This document shows, piece after piece, positions 25,496 through 38,575 of a stretch of DNA of 64,000 nt; position 1 is the stretch's first letter, and each line of letters opens with the position of its first letter. Source of the DNA: Malacoraja senta. Lineage: Eukaryota. The DNA is taken from positions 1,056,001 through 1,120,000 of the forward strand of contig CM075999.1 in the NCBI GenBank assembly GCA_038087875.1, written 5' to 3'. A program made the position numbers and the translations under genes. The notes below the pieces were generated by a model. The model was not told where the DNA came from and ran no database searches. It was given only the letters and a program-made list of their open reading frames with translations.

Positions 25496-26789
25496 TTAGG
25501 CCACATTTGGAGTATTGTGTGCAGTTATGGTCACCCCAATATAGGAAGGATGTGGAGGCTTTAAACCGTTGCCAATGAGGTTTGGATTATAGACAATAGG
25601 TGCAAGAGTAGGCCATTCGGCCCTTCGAGCCAGCACCGCCATTCATTGTGATCATGGCTGATTATCCACAATCAGTACCCCGTTCCCGCCTTCTCCTCAT
25701 ATCACTTGACACCGCTATCTTTAAGAGCTCTATCTAAGGGGGTATTAGCTACAGGGAGAAGTTGGGCAAACATTTTCTCTAGAAAACCAAAGGTTGTGGG
25801 GAGAACTAATAGGTACATAAAGTCATGAGAGGCATAGATAGACATCAAAATCTTTTTCCCAGGATGGAGAAATCAAATACTAGAGAATACAATTTTAAGG
25901 TGAGAGGGACAAAGTTTTAAGGAGTTGTGCTGGTGACGTTTTTTTGTACAGAGAGTTAGTACCAGGGTTGGTGGCCAAGGCAGATGCGGTAGTGGCATTT
26001 AGGAGACTTTTGGACAGGCATGGGATAGGCAGGGAATGGAGGGACATGGATTATATGCAGGCAGATAAGAGATGGTTTTGCATCATGTTCAGCACAGACA
26101 TTGTGGGTTTCTGTGCTGTTCCTATGTTCTCTCTTGGGGAAATTGCTATATGAGCAAATTACATCAAGTAACCTGGTAGTTTTCCATCTGCAAAACACTA
26201 AGTGTGAGGGAAAACTCAGTGGGTCAGGCAGCATCTGGGTATGGAATGGACAGGCAATGTTTCAGGTCAGGTCCCTCCTTCAGACTGATACATTGTTTGA
26301 AGAACGGTCTTGACCCGAAACGTCGCCTGTCCTTTCCATACCCAGATGCTGCCTGACCTGGCGAGTTCCTCCAGCACTCTGTGTTTTTCTCAAGATTCCA
26401 GCATCTGCCTTTCCTTGTGTCTCCATCTGGCTGATATTTCTCCATGTTGGGACATAAGGATATTAGTAACTTCGCACTGCTTCCTTCTTCCTTTACTGAC
26501 AAATTGGGTGCAACCTACAATCATCCCTGAAGATTCACAGTACACACTGGCTTACATAACACTACACTGTGTAAGCATGTAAAACTATTTATTGGGACAT
26601 CTATTGATATTGGGAGACTTGCAAGGGAAGCTACAAAAGTGAGCCTCAACTGCACAAACATATTCTAATGTTGAAGATAGGCACAAAATGCTGGAGTAAC
26701 GAGGCAGGTCAGGCAGCATCTCCGGAGAAAAGGAATAGTGATGTTTCGGATCAGAACCCTTCCTCAGAAGAAGGGTCTGGATAGAGAAG

Positions 26790-27185
26790 GCCTGGATAGG
26801 GTGGATGTGGAGAGGATGGTTCCACTAGTGGGAGCGTCTAGGATCAGAGGTCATAGCCTTGGATTTAAAGGACATTCCTTTAGGAAGATGAGGAGGAATT
26901 CTTTAGTCACAGTGTGGTGAATCTGTGGAATTCATGGCCACAGAAGGCTGTGGAGGGCATCAATGGATATTTTTAAAGCAGAGATTGATAGATTCTTGAT
27001 TAATACGGGTGTCAGGGTTTATGGAGAGAAGGCAGAAGAATGAGGTTGAGAGGGAAAAATAGATCAGCAATGATTGAATGGTGGAGCAGACTTGAAGGGC
27101 CGAATGGCCTACTGCACCTATTGTCTATTGTCTATTGTCTATGGTCTATTGAATAGCCTAATTCTGCTCCTAGAATGTATGAACC
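26790..27185 (+). mobile_element. CR1-clade LINE 3' fragment
   Basis: GLDRVDVERM..RGHSL similarity and CR1 3'UTR. Confidence 0.8.
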
Positions 27186-27799
27186 CACTGCATTACTCCA
27201 GGATTTTGTATATATCTTCATTATAAACCAGCATCTACAATTCCTTCCTACACATTATTTCAATATTCACAGACTGCGAAAAGATGAATAATTTGTTTTC
27301 CCCCCGTATTAGCCGATGGCAAATTCATTTAATCAGAGCATCACTGGTGAACCTGCAAGTATTGCTCCACTGCCGGCCTGATAAGCATTGGTCACTTTGG
27401 GACAGAAGCAAAGGAAATGCCCATCAGTGAAGAGTCAATACCCAGCTGCTTCAGTCAGAGGCTCTCCTTGGGTAAAAAAACAGTCTATAACTGCACTCAC
27501 TTGCCCCAGGGCCATCATTAATAACCCAGATCTATTCATTAATTGCAAACCTCCCTCGTTGTTCAGGTGGTTATGGATCAATAGAAGAAATTCCACATGA
27601 TGAATGCATTGTGTACAGGAAGAATATATGAGACATTCATCTTCAAGAGAAACCAAACTGCTGGCCATGTTCCACGGGCCGCACTGCTGGCAAGTACAAA
27701 ATAGTTAGAAACATCATCGGTCTTTTGATAATGAGATACAATGCATACATCAGCTTGGGAATGCTCTGTGGTATATATCCAGCTGGTGTGGAGATATGT

Positions 27800-28040
27800 T
27801 GTAGAAGGGAACTGCAGATGCTGGTTTAAACTGAAGATAGACACAAAATGCTAGAGTAACTCAGCAGGACAGGCAGCATCTCTAGATAGATGGAATGGGT
27901 GACCTTTCGGGTTGAGACCCTTCTTCACACTCATATGCCCGAGTCTGAAAAGGGTCTTGACCCGAAACGTCACCCATTCATTCTCTCCAGAGACGCTGCC
28001 TGTCCCGCTGAGTTACTCCACCATCTTGTGTCTATCGTTG
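27800..28040. mobile_element. Fold-back (head-to-head) Penelope 3'-end pair
   Basis: Left arm is the reverse complement of the right arm around 27925-27945. Confidence 0.8.
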
Positions 28041-28100
28041 GTGTGGAGATGTCACTGTCTTCTGCCTTTCCCCAGTCAATGACCACAGCTAGTGTCAGAG

Positions 28101-29027
28101 GAGGTAATTAGAGAAGATTGGGAACGGGAATTATTGATAAAAATTACGAAGGCTACATGGGAAAAGTATTTGACATACATTCACAAGTGTTCGATTAACG
28201 CAAGACATAATCTAATCCAATTTAAAATTTTACATAGATTATATTACTCAAAAACAAGATTAAATAAATTTTATCCAAATATATCGCCCATTTGCGATAA
28301 ATGTTTAACCCAAGACGCAACTATAACACACTCTTTTGTTTCTTGTATAAAACTTCATGGATTTTGGAGTGATATTTTCGAAATATTTACAAAATTATTT
28401 AAGACAAAAATGGAACCCAATAATGAATTGATTATATTTGGGGTAATGGAAGACAGGAACAAATTGAGCTCATCTGAAAAGTCAATTTTTAATTATGGTT
28501 TAATAATAGCAAAAAAATTAATATTGAAATTTTGGAAAAATACACCAATACCAACGCTCAAAATGTGGATTGCAAGTATGTTGGATACCGCACATCTTGA
28601 GGAAATGCGATTCCTCCTAATAGATAAATTTGACCAATTCATAACGAGTTGGTCTCCATTTGTCGTCTTTTTGGAAACATATGGTGCAAAACAGGTGTAA
28701 AAGCTAATCCGTGAATGGGGATGGTCAAGATTATAAATGATCTCCTTACTTCTATTTTCTTTTCTTCTCTTCTCTTCTTTTATTCTCTTTCTTCTATTTT
28801 CTATGTCTCAACTTTCTTTTTTCACTTTATTTTTCTTTTTCACACACTATATATCTCACATTTTTCTATTTTTCATTATCTAACCTTTTTCTTTTTCTTC
28901 TTTATTACAAAAAATTTTTTAACTAAGAAGCTGTACATAAAAGGTATTATGAAAATATGATTGTATACAATTGTACTTACTTCTAATAAAATAAAAATAT
29001 TACAGGGTTAAAAAAAAAAAAAAAAAA
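28101..29027 (+). mobile_element. 5'-truncated L1 LINE (ORF2 C-terminal CCHC region, 3'UTR, poly-A)
   Basis: QFKILHRLYYS...CDKC...THSFVSC; AATAAA at ~28985; poly-A; TSD AGCT(A/C)GTGTCAGAG (28087-28100, 29028-29041). Confidence 0.9.
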
Positions 29028-29091
29028 AGCTCGTGTCAGAGCAACAACAGCATACTGACCAGAGTCTAAGGGACACCAGGGCGGCATATAG

Positions 29092-29345
29092 GGCGGCTCG
29101 TTGGTGCAGCGGTAGAGTTGCTGCCTTTCAGCGCCAGAGACCCGGGTTCGATTCTGACTACGTGTGGTGTCTGTGCAGAGTTTGTACGTTCTCCCCGTGC
29201 CCTGCGTGGTTTTCTCTGGGAGCACCGGTTTCCTCCCACACTCCAAAGACATTCAGGTTTGAAGACTAAGTGACTTGATAACAATGTGAATTGTCCCTAG
29301 TGTGTGTGTAGGATAGTGTTGGTGTACGGGGATCGCTGGTCAGCC
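29092..29345 (+). mobile_element. HE1-like V-SINE
   Basis: Head, B box and core present. Confidence 0.85.
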
Positions 29346-29380
29346 AGAAATGTGAAGTTGGGACCAATATCAGACCAGCG

Positions 29381-29695
29381 GTAGACAAAAGTGCTGGAGA
29401 AACTCAGCGGGTGCGGTCTGCACCCCAGCGGCCTGAACATTGACTTCTCCAATTTCCGGTAGCCCTTGCTGTCTCCTCCCCTTCTCAGCTCTCCCTCAGC
29501 CCTCTGGCTCCTCCTCTTCCTTCCTTCTTCGCGCCCCCCCCCCCCCCCCCCCATCCTACATCAGTCTGAAGAAGGGTTTCGGCCCGAAACGTTGCCTATT
29601 TCCTTCGCTCCATAGATGCCGCCTCACCCGCTGAGTTTCTCCAGCACTTTTGTCTACCTTCGATTTTCCAGCATCTGCACTTCCTTCTTGAACAT
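29381..29695 (+). mobile_element. Penelope-like 3' end with a short inverted 5' segment
   Basis: Encodes LHPSGLNIDFSNFR* (endonuclease C-terminus), then a hammerhead motif at 29566-29593. Confidence 0.85.
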
Positions 29696-29987
29696 CAGAT
29701 CAGCAGTAATCTTAATGAAAGACTGATGGTCTCATTTGCTCCATTTTCCTCTGGTCTGTAACTCCTTTTGCTTGGGGACCACGGAATCAAACAAATGACA
29801 GTTCATTTCTCAAGAACAAGAACTAACCCAACCCAGCGATGCTGTCTGACCCATCGAGTTACTCCACCACTTCATCTACTACGAATGAGAGTTGTTGTGT
29901 TTGCCAGAACAATTGAAGTAAACTGATCATCCTCGATCTTTATATGTTCTAAATTTCCCACTTCCCCCTCAGTTTTAGTGGAATGAA

Positions 29988-30410
29988 ATCGATACAACAC
30001 GACGATACGATAGAACTTCATTTATCCCAGGAGGGAAATTGATCTGCCAACAGTCATAAAAACACAAAATACACGAAACATGAAATTAAAGTGACGAGTG
30101 GACAGGATTGGGAATGTGCAAAGATTGGGGGGGGGGGGGGGGGGTGAGTCTACCCCTCGACAGAAGGGGGAGGAGTTGTATAGTTTGCTAGCCACTGGGG
30201 AAAAGGATGTCCTGTGGCGTTCTGTGCTGCATCTTGATGGAACCAGTCTGTTGCTGAAGGTGCTCCTCAGGTTGACCAGTGTGTCACGGAGGGGTGAGCT
30301 GTATTGTCCAAGATGCTCCGCAGTTTGAGGAGCATCCTCCCCTCCAGGACCATCTCCAGTGAATCCAACTCCGCTCCCAGGACGGAGCCAGCCTTCGTGA
30401 TGAGCTTGAA
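29988..30410 (-). mobile_element. Rex1/Babar-like LINE 3' end
   Basis: LVNLRSTFSNRLVPSRCSTERHR..KLYN; AATGAAGTTC followed by a (TATCG)n tail. Confidence 0.75.
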
Positions 30411-31308
30411 ATCTATACATAGAAACATAGAAACATAGAAATTAGGTGCAGGAGTAGGCCATTCGGCCCTTCGAGCCTGCACCGCCATTCAATATAATCA
30501 TGGCTGATCATCCAACTCAGTATCCAACTCCTATAGGGATGCCCTGTGATTTCTTGATATTTGCTGCTATTTCTCGATGTACCAGTGATGTGCATTCATG
30601 ACGCTATCCTTCACTGGCTTAGCAAGACATCAGGGAACCGCTAGTCCCTGTTAATATTGTGAAGAAGAATCTGCATTTGAGTATGCCATTAAAATCTCCA
30701 TTCTTGCACCTTTTAAAACTCCCAGCATCAACTCGAGTCGAATGTAAAATGTGTCTACAAAGTCATGAAGCGGACAGCTTTGCATATTCTGTGACATGAA
30801 ACTTGTTTTGAAAATATGTCATTTTCAGACACTTACTGAAAGCAGGCAATTGGCAATTCCTCTGGCCTTTCAATTCTGAAGCTATAGATCTGGCACTTAA
30901 CGTAACATCATGTATCAGTTAGTCTGTGCTTTAATCCTCAGAATGTAACGCAATGGATTTTCTTTTGATGAAGTCACAGAACAGCATCAGCACTGATAAA
31001 ACATCAAGGTAAACCTCTCAAAAGTACGAAGGAACTAGTCATTGACATCAGGGTACACCCCAGCCTACATCAATGTTAGTAAAATGGAGATCGTCAAGAG
31101 CTTCATGTTCAAAAGTTCGTTAGTTCATAATTTATCAGAGCGGAGTTAAGCTATTTGGCTCATCAGGTCAACTCAAATTCACCGACCACACTGATGTAGA
31201 TGGTCAAACAGTGCATGGTGGTGAGGTAGTGCACAGGAGACAGATAGAACACCTGGCTGAGTGAAGCTGCAACAACAACCTCTCACTTGATGTCAACATA
31301 CCATCCAA

Positions 31309-32063
31309 ATGGCGTCAAGTTGGAAAAGGGGAAGTACAACGGGATCTGGGGGTTCTTGTTCATCAGTCTATGAAAATAAGCATGCAGGTACAGCAGGCAG
31401 TGAAGAAAGCGAATGGCATGTTGGCCTTTATAACAAGAGGAGTATAGGAGCAAAGAGGCCCTTCTGCAGTTGTACAGGTCCCTAGTGAGACCACACCTGG
31501 AGTATTGTGTGCAGTTTTGGTCCCCTAATTTGAGGAAGACATTCTTGCTATTGAGGGGGTGCAGCATAGGTTTACAAGGTTAATTCCTGGGATGGCGGGG
31601 ACTGTTATATGCTGAGTGAATGGAGCGGCTGGGCTTGTACACTCTGGAGTTTAGAAGGATGAGAGGAGATTTTATTGAAACATATAAGATTGTTATGGGC
31701 TTGAACACGCTAGAGGCAGGAAACATGTTCCCGATGTTGGGGGAGTCCAGAACCAGGGGCCACAGTTTAAGAATAAGGGGTAAGCTATTTAGAACGTAGA
31801 CGAGGAAACACTTTTTCTCACAGAGAGTGGTGAGTCTGTGGAATTCTCTGCCTCAGAGGGCGGGGGAAGTCGGTTCTCTGGATACTTTCAAGAGAGAGCT
31901 AGATAGGGCTCTTAAAGATAGCGGAGTCAGGGGATATGGGGAGAAGGCAGGAACGGGGTACTGATTGGGGATGATCAGCCATGATCACATTGAATGGCGG
32001 TGCTGGCTCGAAGGGCCGAATGGCCTACTCCTGCGCTTATTGTCTATTGTCTATACCATCTAT
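31309..32063 (+). mobile_element. CR1-clade LINE 3' fragment inserted in a Rex1-like relic
   Basis: CR1 C-terminus, (TATTGTC) tail; TSD AACATACCATCCAA (31295-31308, 32064-32077). Confidence 0.9.
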
Positions 32064-32896
32064 AACATACCATCCAAGAGGTACAGAATCTTGAACTCCC
32101 ACATCACCAGGTTCAGGAACAGCTACTTTCCTGCAACGATCAAGTTCTTGAACCAGCCTACACTACCCTAACCCTACCTCAACAATGAAACAGCACAGCC
32201 CTCCTGGATCACTATGGACTTGGTTATTTTTCATTAATGTCTTGCTTTTTTTTGTGTAGTCTTTTTCATTTACAATTTTAGATGTAACTAGACTAAGGGG
32301 GGCCCGTTGGGTCCCGTCCCCTCATAGTTATACAGCATTGAAACAGGCCCTTCAGCACAACCTGCCGACACGACCAACATGTCCCATATACACTTGTCCC
32401 ACGTCTGCTTTTAGCCCATATCCCTCTAAACCTGTCCTATTCATGTACCTTCTAACTGCTTCTTAAATGTTGTGATAGTCCCTGCCTCAACTACCTCCTC
32501 TGACAGCTTGTTCCATATGCCCACACCCTCTGTGTGAAAATGCTACCCCTTTGATTCCTATTAAATCTTTCCTCCTTCATCTTAAACATATGCCCTTATG
32601 TAATTTGTGTATAATTTATGTATAAATTGTTTTTGTGTGTGTTTGTCCGAGTCTATAGGCTTGTGATGCTGTGCAAGCAAGATTTTTCATTGTACCTAAG
32701 ATCGACCAATTCATTTTGAAGTCATCTTGAAGGAGCCACAATCTAACTTTTGATTAATTCTGAAAACAAGTAACAATGATTATCTCGAAAGAGACAAAAT
32801 ATCATGGGAGAAGCGCAAAACGTATTGTGGGCAGGGACTACTGTGGTTTAAATCATAACAAATAAGAGATTCATAAATGAAGAACACACACTGGAT

Positions 32897-33203
32897 GGGG
32901 ACGGTGGCGCAGCTGTAGAGTTACCACCTTACAGCGCCAGGGACCCGGGTTCGATCCTGACTACGGGTGCTGTCTGGATAGAGTTTGTACATTCTCCCCG
33001 TGACCTGCGTGCGTTTTCTCCGGGTGCTCCGGTTTCCTCCCACTCTCCAAAGGCGTACAGGTTTGTAAGTTAATTGGCTCGGTATAATTGTAAACTGTGC
33101 CCAGTGTGTGTAAGATAGTGTTTGTGTGCGAGGATCGCTGGTAGCCACGTCTCGGGTGGGCTGAAGGACCTGTTTCCTCACTGTATCTCTGAACTAGACT
33201 AAA
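32897..33203 (+). mobile_element. HE1-like V-SINE
   Basis: Full head, core and tail. Confidence 0.88.
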
Positions 33204-33589
33204 CATACCCAAAAGAGTCAATGATGCTGTAGCCAAAAAAATCATAAATCAAATCTTCATAAACCAAAGAGGTCAGTATATATATTTGTACATATATGTT
33301 GTATCAATTTGAGTAGTGACAAACAGATGCTATTAGCTGAAGGCAATATTCCATCCTGCAGTTCCACTGATACTCATAAATCATAAACCTTTATTATTGT
33401 CACTTATATTGTCAGATTTGACTTATAACGCATGGTCAGCATTTGTTATCCTGTTGTGGCACATTTTATGATCAACTTAGTGAACTGGGCAATCAAGAAG
33501 AACAATTGCATTTCTTCAGAAGCCATTCTATGTTATAGAAGTTAAAGATGAAATTAATTAGAAGTTAAATAATGAACTAGGATTATATG

Positions 33590-35762
33590 GATAAGAAAGA
33601 ACTGCAGAAGCTGATTTAAATTGAAGATAGACACAAAAAAGCTGGATTAACTCAGCGGGACATGCAGCATCTCTGGAGAGAAGGAATGGGTGACGTTTCG
33701 GCTCGAGACCCTTCTTCAGACTGATGCCAGGGGAGTGGGCGGTACAGAGATAATATGTGGTCGGAGACAGTAACACTGGCAATGGAACTGGGAATGGGAA
33801 GGGGATGGAGAGAGCGGGAAAGCAAGGGTTACTTGAAGTTAGAGAAGTCAAAGTTCATACCGCTGGGTTGTAAGCAGCCCAAGCAAAATGTGAGGTACTG
33901 TTCCTCCAATTTGCACTGGGCCTCACTCTGACAATGGAGGAGGCCCAGGACAGAAAGGTCAGTGTGGGAATGGGAGGGGGAGTTAAAGTGTTGAAGCAAA
34001 CCGGGAGATTAGGTAGGTTTAGGCGGACTGAGCGGATGTGTTCAGCGAAACGATCGCCGAGCCTGCGCTTGGTCTCGCCGATGTACAGGAGTCCACAATT
34101 GGAACAGCGGATACAGTAGATGAGGTTGGAGGAGGTGCAAGTGAACCTCTACTTCACCAGAAAAGACTGTTGGGGTCCTTGGATGGAGTCAAGGGGTGAG
34201 GTATGGGGTCAGGTGTTGCATCTCCTGTAGTTGCAGGGGAAAGTACCTGGGGAAGGGGTGGTTTGGGTGGGAAGGGACGAGTTGACCAGGGAGTTGCAGA
34301 GGGAATGGACTCTGGGGAAAGCAGCAAGGACTGGAGATGGCAAGATGTGGCTAATAGTGAGATCCCGTTGGAGGTGGTGAAAATGTCAGAGGATTATGTG
34401 CTGTATGCGACGGTTGATGGGGTGGAAGGTGAGGACAAGGGGGACTCTGTTATGAATGGGGGAGGGGGAGCAAGAGCGGAGCTGCGGGATATAGGGGAGA
34501 CCCTAGTGAAAGCCACATCTATAATAGAAGAGGGGAACCCTCATTCCCTGAAGAATGAGGACATCACCGATGACCTGGTATGGAACAACTCATCTTGGGC
34601 GCGTAGACGGAGGAATTGGGAGTAGGGGATGGAGTCTCTACAGGAAGCAGGGTGGGAAGAAGTGTAGTCTAGATAGCTATGGGAGTCAGTGGGTTTGTAA
34701 TAGATGTCAGTCGATAGTCTGTCCCCTGTGATGGAGACGGTGAGATCTAGAAACGGTAGGGAGATGTCGGAGATGGTCCAAGTGCATTTGAGTGCAGGAT
34801 GGAAATTAGTGGTGAAGTTAATGAAGTCAGTGAGTTCTGCATGGGTGCAGGAGGCAGCACCGATGCAGTTGCTAGGTGGTAGAGTTTGGGAATAGGGCCA
34901 GTGTACGTCTGGAACAGTGATTGTTCGACGTACCCTACAAAGAGGCAGGCATAGCTGGGGCCCATGTGAATGCCCATAGCTACGTGTTGGATTTGGAGGA
35001 AGTGGGAGGAGTCCGAGGAGAAGTTGTTGAGGGTAAGGACCAGCTCTGCTAGGTAGAGGAGAGTGTTAATAGACAGAAATTGGCTGGTTCTGCGGTCGAG
35101 GAAGAAACGGAGGGCTTTAAGACCTTCCTGGTGGTGGATGGAGGTGTAGAGTGACTGGACATCCATAGTAAAGATGAGGTAGTGGGGTCCTTGAAAACGG
35201 AAGTTATTGAAGAGACGAAGGGCATGTGAGGTGTCTTGGACATAGGTAGGGAAGGATTGGACCAGGGGGGATAGGATGGAGTCAAGGTATATGGAAATTA
35301 ATTCATTGGAACATGAACAATGGGTCTGCCAGGGCAGTTCTGTTTGTGGATTTTGGGGAGTAGATAAAATTGGGGCCGTGCTGGGCTGGGGAACGATAAG
35401 GTTGGAGGCTTTAGAGGGCAGAGAGCCGGAAATAATGAAATCAGTAATGGTGAGTGATATTAAGGCCTGGTGCTCGTCTGTGGGATCATGGTCCAAGGAT
35501 AAGTAGGAGGAGGTGTCTGAGAGTTGTCGCCTGGCCTCAGTCCGGTAGAGGTCAGCGCCCCAGACTTCCACGACACCTTCCTTGTCGGCGGGTTTCCTTA
35601 TCATGTCGCGGTTGCTGCAGAGTGAGCGGAGGGCTGTACGTTCGGTGGGGGAGAGGTCAGAGTAGGTAAGGGGAGTGGAAAAGTTGAGACGGTTGCTGTC
35701 ATGCCGGCAGTTAGAAATGAAAAGGTCTAAGGAGGGTAGAAGGCCATCCGGGGGAGTCCAGG
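33590..35762 (-). mobile_element. Degenerate Penelope-like retroelement (RT + GIY-YIG endonuclease + 3' end)
   Basis: ORF 34747..35604 has KPADK, IFTMDVQSLYTSI, MGPSYACLFVG. The downstream part is homologous to the PLE at 43760. Hammerhead core at 33692-33719. Confidence 0.9.
33692..33719 (-). ncRNA. Putative minimal hammerhead ribozyme core (PLE-associated)
   Basis: Minus strand CTGAAGA-AGGGTCTCGAGCC-GAAACGTC; stem II has one mismatch. Confidence 0.55.
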
Positions 35763-36540
35763 ATTATATGGATTATATGGATCCTTTTGCATTGAACACT
35801 CTGCAAAGGTGCTTCACAGTAAATAAAACCAAACCTAAAGCTGTTACAGAGGCAAGGTCAAAACCTGGCACATTCTGTACTTCTGCCAAAGCCCTTTTAC
35901 CAACTCCAATGATAGGCCATCAACATGAAAGTTTAACTGCATTTTGATCCACATCGAATACTGCCTGACCTTCTGAGTGTTTCCAACGTGTTCATGAGTG
36001 GTCCGTCAATTTACTTTAAATCTTCTTAACTGCAGTGAATGTCAGGCAGTGGAGACAAGGAACTGCGGGTGCTGCTTTACACAAAAGGACACAAATTGCC
36101 GGAGTAACTCAGTGGGTCAGGCAGTATATGGTGCTGGAACCACTGAGTCGCTCCAGCACTTTGTATCCTTTGGAGGATGTCAGGCAATCTTACTCAACCT
36201 CCCCTGAAATAGCAAATCCCATCAATCTGGTGAAATTAAGTTTATTGCTTCCATGCTGAGTATACGATTCCTTAGATAAAGGATACTGATGTGATCACAC
36301 CAAAGTCACATGGCAAAATTGCAGCAGAACTACCTAACCCACGCACGCCGTCTTTCTACTTTGATGAATGTTTACTCACACCGATATTTACTAACTGTAC
36401 AAGATATAGGGAAGGTCACTTATGGAGTACTGTGTGAAGTTCTTGTCACCCTGCTCTAAGAATGATGTCATTAAACTGGGAAGGTTCTAAAAGAGATTTA
36501 TGGGGCTATTACCAAGACTAGAGAGCTTGAGTTACAAGAA

Positions 36541-36845
36541 CAGTGGCGCAGTGGTAGAGTTACTGCCTTACAGCGCCAGAGACCTGCTTTTCCATCCTGA
36601 CTACCAGTGCTGTCTGCACGGAATTTTTACGTTCTCCCTGTGACCACGTGGGTTTTCGCCGGGTGCTCCGGTTTCCTCCCACACTCCAATGACATACAGG
36701 TCTGTAGGTTAATTGGCTTCAGTAAAATTGTAAATTGTCCCTGGTGTGTAGGATAGTGCTGGTGTAGGGTTGACCGCTGATCGGCACGGACTCGGTGGGC
36801 CGAACGGCCTGTTCCCATGCTGTATCTCTAACGTCTAATCTCTAA
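36541..36845 (+). mobile_element. HE1-like V-SINE inside an old CR1 (36400-37135)
   Basis: SINE head, core and tail; CR1-like flanks. Confidence 0.85.
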
Positions 36846-37143
36846 AGAGAGGGTGGATAAGCTGTGTCTTTATTCCTTGGCGCATGGGAAGGTGAGGGGT
36901 GACCTTAGAGAGGTTTATAAATTCTCAGTGGGCTTAGTTAAGGTGAACATACACAATCCATCCCATAAGGTAGGGGAGCCCACACTTGAGGACGTAGGTG
37001 TAAGGTGTGAGGGGAACTGAGGGGCAACTTTTTGAAACAGCAAGTGGAATATGTATCTGGAATATGTACACCCAGTGTACAAGGAACGAGCTGCCAGAGG
37101 AGGTGGTGCAGGTGGGAATAATCATGGCATTTTAAATATAGTT

Positions 37144-37446
37144 ATAGATACATAGAAAATAGGTGCAGGAGTAGGCCATTCGGCCCTTCGAGCCTGCACC
37201 GCCATTCAATATGATCATGGCTGATCATCCAACTCAGTATCCCGTACCTGCCTTCTCTCCATACCCCCTGATCCCCTTAGCCACAAGGGTCACATCTAAC
37301 TCCCTCTTAAATATAGCCAATGAACTGGCCTAAACTACCCTCTGTGGCAGAGAGTTCCAGAGATTCACCACTCTCTGTGTGAAAACGTTTTTTCTCATCT
37401 CGGTCTTAAAGGATTTCCCCCTTATCCTTAAGCTGTGACCCCTTGT
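37144..37446 (-). mobile_element. Young CR1 3' end
   Basis: Near-identical to the 3' part of the copy at 3511-4330. Confidence 0.92.
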
Positions 37447-37521
37447 AGAGGAAACATTTGAAGGAATGTGGGCCAGGCACAGAAGAATTGGATGAATGGT
37501 GTATGGCAACTTGGTGGCAAT

Positions 37522-37732
37522 AAAGTTTAGAGATGCAGCGCAGTAACAGGCCCTTCGGCCCACCGGTTCCGCCCCGACCAGCGATCCCCGCATATTAACA
37601 CTGTCCTACACACACTCGGGACAATTTTTTCCCTTTACCAAGTTAATTAACCTACATACCCGTGCGCCTTTGGAGTGTGGGAGGAAACCGAAGATCTCGG
37701 AGAAAACCCGCGCAGGTCACGGGGAGAACGTG
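37522..37732 (-). mobile_element. HE1-like SINE 3' part
   Basis: Tail and core. Confidence 0.85.
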
Positions 37733-38224
37733 TCATTTATAAGGTTTCTTTCCCCTTATTCCTCCCGTTAAAATGAATTGTAATTAGCTGCAAGCGCACA
37801 TTTAAATGTCAGACAGGAGAACCAAATGGAGAGAAAAACAGTCTGAGTGATTGACTGATCGATATAAGCATTTCTATTTCTATAATGACTTTCGCAACCT
37901 CTGGTTGACCCCGTGTTTTTATATCCAGTTAGGTATTTCAGAATTGTACTCACTGTTGTAATGGAGGAAATGGACAGCCAATTTGCACTCAAGAAAATGT
38001 TCACTCACACACAGCAATGTGATAATGACTGGAGAGACTATCACAGTTGAACGGAAGGATTGAAGTAAGAGTTTTCAGCGATGTGCAGAGCAAGAGCCTT
38101 GGAGCAGAAAGCTGAAATGAACAGCCTGAGGTCAGGAGAGATAATAATGAAAAGGATTGGCAACATTCACTCCACACAGAGAATTTATGGTACCGTGTAT
38201 TGGAAAAGTCAACTTGAGAGTTGT

Positions 38225-38575
38225 TATAGAGTCATAAGGAATAGGAGTAGAATTAGGCCATTCGGCCCATCAAGTCTACTCCGCCATTCAATCATGGCTG
38301 ATCTATCTCTCCCTCCTAACCCCATTCTCCTGCCTTCTCCCCGTAACTTCTGACTAATGTACTAATCAAGAATCTATCTATCGCTGTCTTAAAAGTATCC
38401 ACTGACGGCCTCCACAGCCTTCTGTGGCAACGAATTCCACAGATACACCACCATCTGACTAAAGAAATTCCTCCTCATCTCCTTCCTAAAAGAACGTCCT
38501 TTAATTCTGAGGCTATGACTTCTAGTCCTAGACTCTCCCACTAGTGGAAACATCCTCTCCACATTCTATCCAAGT
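38225..38575 (-). mobile_element. CR1-clade LINE 3' fragment
   Basis: Same subfamily as 26790 and 55995. Confidence 0.8.
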
